A stretch of DNA of 63,923 bases, filler included, from Saprolegnia diclina VS20 (lineage: Eukaryota): NCBI RefSeq assembly GCF_000281045.1. It is 12 parts of 4 records of this genome, joined end to end, with 100 filler letters (N's around TTAATTAATTAA, not from the genome) between each part and the next. Parts side by side here need not be neighbours in the genome. Positions count along the whole stretch, not along the records: positions 55,277 to 58,930 come from NW_008246148.1; positions 59,031 to 62,596 come from NW_008246148.1; positions 62,697 to 63,923 come from NW_008246152.1; 9 more parts are not named here. One strand, given 5' to 3'. Below, piece after piece: positions 58,557 through 63,923 of the stretch (its first letter is position 1; the number at the start of each line of letters is the position of its first letter). Under the pieces are notes generated by a model. It saw nothing but the letters and a program-made list of their open reading frames with translations, searched no databases and was not told the DNA's origin. The position numbers and the translations under genes are program-made.

Positions 58557-59444
58557 GATCAAGCCAATGGGCAAATGACCAGCCTCGAGGAGGTTCCGCA
58601 GCCAGTGTGCGGGTTGTAGAATTGACGTTTGGAGTGTGCTGAGTTGTTGGGAAAGGCAGTGGACAAACACATCATCCTTCCCAGGCGATAAGCCAACAAC
58701 CAAACGCTCGGTCCTCTTGGCAGCAGCCAAGCAGCGACGGACTTGCTGTGCGTCCAAGCATGGGTCAATAAACGATTCGTACTACTTGAGACGCGGTACC
58801 ACCTACGGCCATCGACATGTCCTTTTGCGATATAAAAATGTGTGTATTATGTACATAGTTTCTATCTGTTTACCGCTTGGTGTGGTTGATGTAGCGCAGC
58901 GCGAGCATCGCAAGGACGCGGAAGAAGATGNNNNNNNNNNNNNNNNNNNNNNNNNNNNNNNNNNNNNNNNNNNNTTAATTAATTAANNNNNNNNNNNNNN
59001 NNNNNNNNNNNNNNNNNNNNNNNNNNNNNNTTGGCGGCGTATAGCCGTTGTTGGACAGCAAATTGTTAATTGTGGTAATGACCATATTTAGGCGTATGTA
59101 GCCACATGTAGCTAAAGTTAGCAGCCGCTGAACCATCATCGATCAGCCGCGCATCTCGACTCCACCAGCATTTACGGCCGTGTCATGCGTACTAGTACTC
59201 GACGGGAATATAGTATGGTAACTCTTTATGTAGCGTTCGTTCGTAGACAATAGTATACACGTGCATCCTGGTTGCCGTTGACGCGTTGCACAGCCAAAAT
59301 TGGCAACCACTCAAGCGGTGCTACCGTTGCTGTTGGCGAGTAAAAGAGGCAAAAGAGAAGAAAAACGTGCTCAAGACGTTATTTATGCGTCGTCGTCGCT
59401 CGAGTAGTCGTCGGTGGTCGGGCCAAAGCGCGAGGACGTGTAGT

Positions 59445-59830
59445 TGGTGTACGTCAAAATTGCCTCTTGACGATGTACCCAGACGTCGGCCTCAATCTCG
59501 TCCAGATCGTAATACATTCATAAGGTCAAATCCCAAATGACGAAAATACCGTAGGGACGGTACCGCCCACTCGACCTTGCAGTTGCCTGCTGTCATAGCG
59601 ACATCGTGGCGCGGCTACTCACTGCGGGCGCCGACATTTACAACGTGCGTAGTACGTTTCAATCCGCGCAATTAACGTCGAGATCAGGGAGAGTCCAGCA
59701 CCTTGGTTCACATTGGCATCATTCGCTACGACTCGAAAGCCGCCGCCGCCATCACGGCCATGGTCCACGCCGAGGACGCGCGCCGCAAGGCCTACCCGCT
59801 CCACGTCCTCTTGGGCTTCAAGCGCTACGA
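59445..59830 (+). CDS. Ankyrin-repeat gene, partial (copy 1), runs into gap
   Basis: Exons CLLTMYPDVGLNLVQI / GRYRPLDLAVACCHSDIVARLLTAGADIYN / ..DSKAAAAITAMVHAEDARRKAYPLH. Confidence 0.6.
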
Positions 59831-60716
59831 NNNNNNNNNNNNNNNNNNNNNNNNNNNNNNNNNNNNNNNNNNNNNNNNNNNNNNNNNNNNNNNNNNNNNN
59901 NNNNNNNNNNNNNNNNNNNNNNNNNNNNNNNNNNNNNNNNNNNNNNNNNNNNNNNNNNNNNNNNNNNNNNNNNNNNNNNNNNNNNNNNNNNNNNNNNNNN
60001 NNNNNNNNNNNNNNNNNNNNNNNNNNNNNNNNNNNNNNNNNNNNNNNNNNNNNNNNNNNNNNNNNNNNNNNNNNNNNNNNNNNNNNNNNNNNNNNNNNNN
60101 NNNNNNNNNNNNNNNNNNNNNNNNNNNNNNNNNNNNNNNNNNNNNNNNNNNNNNNNNNNNNNNNNNNNNNNNNNNNNNNNNNNNNNNNNNNNNNNNNNNN
60201 NNNNNNNNNNNNNNNNNNNNNNNNNNNNNNNNNNNNNNNNNNNNNNNNNNNNNNNNNNNNNNNNNNNNNNNNNNNNNNNNNNNNNNNNNNNNNNNNNNNN
60301 NNNNNNNNNNNNNNNNNNNNNNNNNNNNNNNNNNNNNNNNNNNNNNNNNNNNNNNNNNNNNNNNNNNNNNNNNNNNNNNNNNNNNNNNNNNNNNNNNNNN
60401 NNNNNNNNNNNNNNNNNNNNNNNNNNNNNNNNNNNNNNNNNNNNNNNNNNNNNNNNNNNNNNNNNNNNNNNNNNNNNNNNNNNNNNNNNNNNNNNNNNNN
60501 NNNNNNNNNNNNNNNNNNNNNNNNNNNNNNNGGGTAAGCCTTGACCCCCTGGGTGACCGGGGGTCCTACGAAAAGGACACTTGGCGACGTCCCGCTTCTC
60601 TTGCCTGTAAATTGATTGGCGACAAAAAAGGGTATTCATCGTTTTCCGGAATCGCAGCGCGGGCATCTGATTTAGACCCTTTTTGTCATCACATGTCCAC
60701 ATCTCTACAACCGAGC

Positions 60717-62596
60717 ATGACAACGGCATGCCAGTTCAACAATGACGACAGCGCGATGGAAGGGGCCTTGCGAGGTGCCTGGGACGACGTCCTTGGTGTG
60801 CTGACGCCCGTCGACGACTATGATCTTACCGAGACGTCGCCCACCGTACGCTCTATGCCATGTTGGCGGACGCTTCAACGAGTGCTAGGGCGAAACACTG
60901 CTGCAGCTCGCATGCGCCGCCAACGCGATCGCTGTCGTTCGCCACTTGTGCACGCATCCGCGCTGCCATGAGATTGTCAACGCCGCCAGAAATGTTCGTT
61001 TTTCTCTGCGTACTATAGTCACTGACACCTCTTGTGCAGGACACGCGACCGGCACTGCTGTCGGCCGTGCTGGCGGGCGCCACCGAGATCGTCTCGATGC
61101 TCTTGGCGACGTTTGGCGATGTGATTGATGTGAATGCCATCTACTGGGTACGACCAGCTTGAGTTTTCGGATCAAAAGGAGTGAATAAGAACTAGGTCAA
61201 GGAATCGGCGCAATGGCCGCTTAGGGAAGCAATCCTCAAGGAGCACACGGAGATTGCGCTGCGCTTGCTCGACCATCCGCGCATCGACATCAACCTCGTG
61301 AACCAGCATGTTGGGGCGATTTTCTTTCGCGTAAAGGTCTCACTAGTATTGTAGGGCTCGACAGCCTTCCTAAGCGCGTGCTGGTGCAATTGCCTCCCTG
61401 TCGTCGAGCGATTGCTGGCGATGCCAGGCCTCGACACGAGCATCGTGTCCAAGGTCGGAGCTGGATCTTCCAGCTAACTTATTGACGTATTTTATAGTCG
61501 GGTCGCACGCCCTTTACGTGCGCCTGCTGCGATGACCACGCGGCCATTGTCCGCGTGCTGCTGGACCAGAACGCTGTCGCCGACCTCAACGTTCAAGACC
61601 ATGTTTGTCATTTTTCACTTCGGTCACTTTGACCCTGCTACTACTGTAGGCCGGTATGTCGGGCTTTATGTGGCTCTGCTTTCACAACCAAGTCGACGCC
61701 ATCAACGAGCTCATGGACGTCGTCGACCTCAACCTCCGATGCATCGTATGCTCTACCACAGTCTTGTGTCGTGCAGTAGCTCAACATTTACTGTATCTAT
61801 AGAATGGGCTCACGGCCCTCGACTACGTCAGTCGCCATCTCTCGTGCGGTGCTCCAAGGGAAAATGTCGCTCTCTTGACGCTCACACAGAGCCTCCTTGC
61901 TCGGGGTGCCACGTTTGGAGTACTACAAGCTACCATAATTTTTTTCTGACTCGCTAAATAGACCCGAGCCCAGTCAACGATCTGTCGCCAAGTGTGTCAA
62001 GACGACGAGGTCAACCTTGCAGAGCTCGCATGGTATATGCATTTTGATGCCCTCGACCAAACCATTCGAGACGGCGCGTTCACAGGCGACATCAACCGCA
62101 TTTACAAGGTATAACATCGTCATACGGTCTGTCCTTACGTCATAGATTCTCCACTGTAGCAACTTACTGCCCTGCAGATCCTTAGCGCCGGTTGCGGATT
62201 TGTCGCGCCAGAGGATACGCTACAGGAGAACGAGCCGCGTGTGGACCTCATCGAGTGTCTTCTGACGCAGTATCCCTCCATCAACCTCGAGATCACACAA
62301 ACAGTAAGCCCCACCCTCCATCTCAACCAACGCTTACATCATCTTGCACAGGGTGGGTACACAGCTCTGGACCTGGCAGTGGCCCGCACCCGTCCAAGTG
62401 CTGTGGAGCGTCTTCTGGCAGCGGGCGCATCCATCGAGCGTGTACGTCCGAACACGCCTCATCACCAGCATTCTACCCCATTTGGCTAGAATGGAGTCCC
62501 TCTCTTGTCCTACCTCGAGGCGAATCGAAAGGACTCAAAAGCCGCCGCCGCCATCACGGCCATGGTCCACGCCGAGGACGCGCGCCGCAAGGCCTA
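60717..62596 (+). CDS. Multi-exon ankyrin-repeat gene (copy 2), 3'-truncated
   Basis: Exons GETLLQLACAANAIAVVRHL, WPLREAILKEHTEIALRLLDHPRIDIN, GSTAFLSAC..VVERLL, GRTPFTCAC..IVRVLL and GYTALDLAV..VERLLAAGA, separated by about 45-nt GT..AG introns. Confidence 0.8.
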
Positions 62597-63236
62597 NNNN
62601 NNNNNNNNNNNNNNNNNNNNNNNNNNNNNNNNNNNNNNNNTTAATTAATTAANNNNNNNNNNNNNNNNNNNNNNNNNNNNNNNNNNNNNNNNNNNNAGTG
62701 GACGAATGAGCTCGAGATCCTGGCGTTCGATGACGGTGACCATCACTCACGACGACAGTTTCGGACAACTGATCATGACGTGGCGCGTCGAGCGGCGAGG
62801 ACACGTGCATCGGGATTGTCAACGTCGAAACGGGAGACAACTGAGCACGCGCTTCTTCAGTGTGTCTGTCATCAAGCCGCAGAAGGAAACTGTGCTATCC
62901 AGTAGGAAGCGCTGAGTTGGGAGCTTCATTCGGATATCAAAACTTGACGTCGATACGAGACGCGTATCCTTGGTTGGAGCAAAGACACGGCGAATATGGA
63001 CACGAAGCACGAGCAATAGCTATCTATGTACGTCTTCAGTCCTTTGCGTTCCTATATGTGTACTAGAGCTTCAAGCCGGGGCTTAAGGCTGCAAGATTTT
63101 CCCTGTTTCAGCTCACACCCTTTACACTCGATATACAAACAACAAGTCGAATCGGACGCTCGATAGCTTTTACGCCCTTGAAAAGGCATGAGCAAAACAT
63201 CGTTTACCATTTTCGATCCAACTTGCTACGACGAAC

Positions 63237-63923
63237 ATGACCGCTTACTTTGGCCGCGCTACGATGGCTGCCTTGACCGCCGGGCTGGCCTACATGATCT
63301 ACTCCAACGCCACGTCCACGCCTACGGACGTCACCGACGACGCACAGACGACAACGACCACGCCGTCGAGCACGGTCGAGCAGCAACACGATCACCTCGA
63401 CACCGATCTCGACGAGCCGCCACAGCTCGACGCCGCTACCATCATGGAGCTCCTTGAAGACACACAACAACGCCACGTGGACGCGATGCAGGCGTCTCTG
63501 GACGCATCCACCGCCACCGCAGCGACACTGCAGCGCCAACTCGACGCCTCCAGCGCCGCAACAGCAGCAGCCGAGACCACCATCCGCGCTCTGCAGCACG
63601 AGCGGGATACAATGGCCGCCGACCATCTTCGCGCAATCGACGCGCTTCGAGCCGAGCACACGCGCCAGCTCGCTGCAACCCAAGCCTCTTTGGCCGAGTC
63701 CAACCAGCAGGTCGCGACTTTACGCGACCAACTCGACGCCTCGATCGCTCTGCAGGCCACCACACAAGCATCTCTCGATGTATCCGTCAACCGTTTGGCA
63801 CACCAAGCTCTCGCGTCGCTCCACAAGTCGGCTGCAGCGGATGAAGTCATCCGAAATTTGCAGCTGGAGCTCAACGCAGCGAACGTGACGGTCGAGGTTG
63901 TGACGATGGACGCGGCAAGGGCT
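63237..63923 (+). CDS. N-terminally anchored coiled-coil protein, partial (not in supplied ORF track because no stop in window)
   Basis: MTAYFGRATMAALTAGLAYMIYS, then a T/D-rich linker, then Ala/Gln/Leu heptads (LQRQLDAS, LRDQLDAS). Open for 229 codons to the window end. Confidence 0.7.
   Translation, partial: MTAYFGRATMAALTAGLAYMIYSNATSTPTDVTDDAQTTTTTPSSTVEQQHDHLDTDLDEPPQLDAATIMELLEDTQQRHVDAMQASLDASTATAATLQRQLDASSAATAAAETTIRALQHERDTMAADHLRAIDALRAEHTRQLAATQASLAESNQQVATLRDQLDASIALQATTQASLDVSVNRLAHQALASLHKSAAADEVIRNLQLELNAANVTVEVVTMDAARA

Noticed and set aside
59606..60971. 270-420 aa ORFs spanning N runs
   Set aside because: Length comes from gap characters.

Overview
Eukaryotic, GC-rich genomic DNA, most consistent with a Saprolegniales-type oomycete (inferred from short 40-55 nt GT..AG introns and the gene families present). 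The window is not one contiguous locus. It is about 12 contigs/scaffolds joined by an artificial 100-nt linker (44N-TTAATTAATTAA-44N), plus four plain N gaps. Recognisable genes: a DUF4260-like membrane protein, a METTL21-type methyltransferase, two tandem APC amino-acid permeases, an LRR-TM pseudokinase, two large oomycete multi-pass membrane proteins, a multi-exon ATM kinase, SPRY-like and BTB-SPRY-like genes, three ABCC transporters (one complete), a SHAQKYF-type Myb, a TPR plus glycosyltransferase-like gene, ankyrin-repeat genes, a truncated IS630/Tc1 transposon, and two unannotated small-protein families (a 12-Cys family around ATM and a ~130-aa hydrophobic family in four copies). The most striking item is a spliced gene at 34113-36270 (-). 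It has a PARP DNA-break-sensor scaffold (BRCT-BRCT-NLS-WGR-helical regulatory domain), but its catalytic domain is a toxin-like R-S-E (ARTC) mono-ADP-ribosyltransferase rather than the H-Y-E PARP domain. All family assignments are by eye from motifs; no searches were run.
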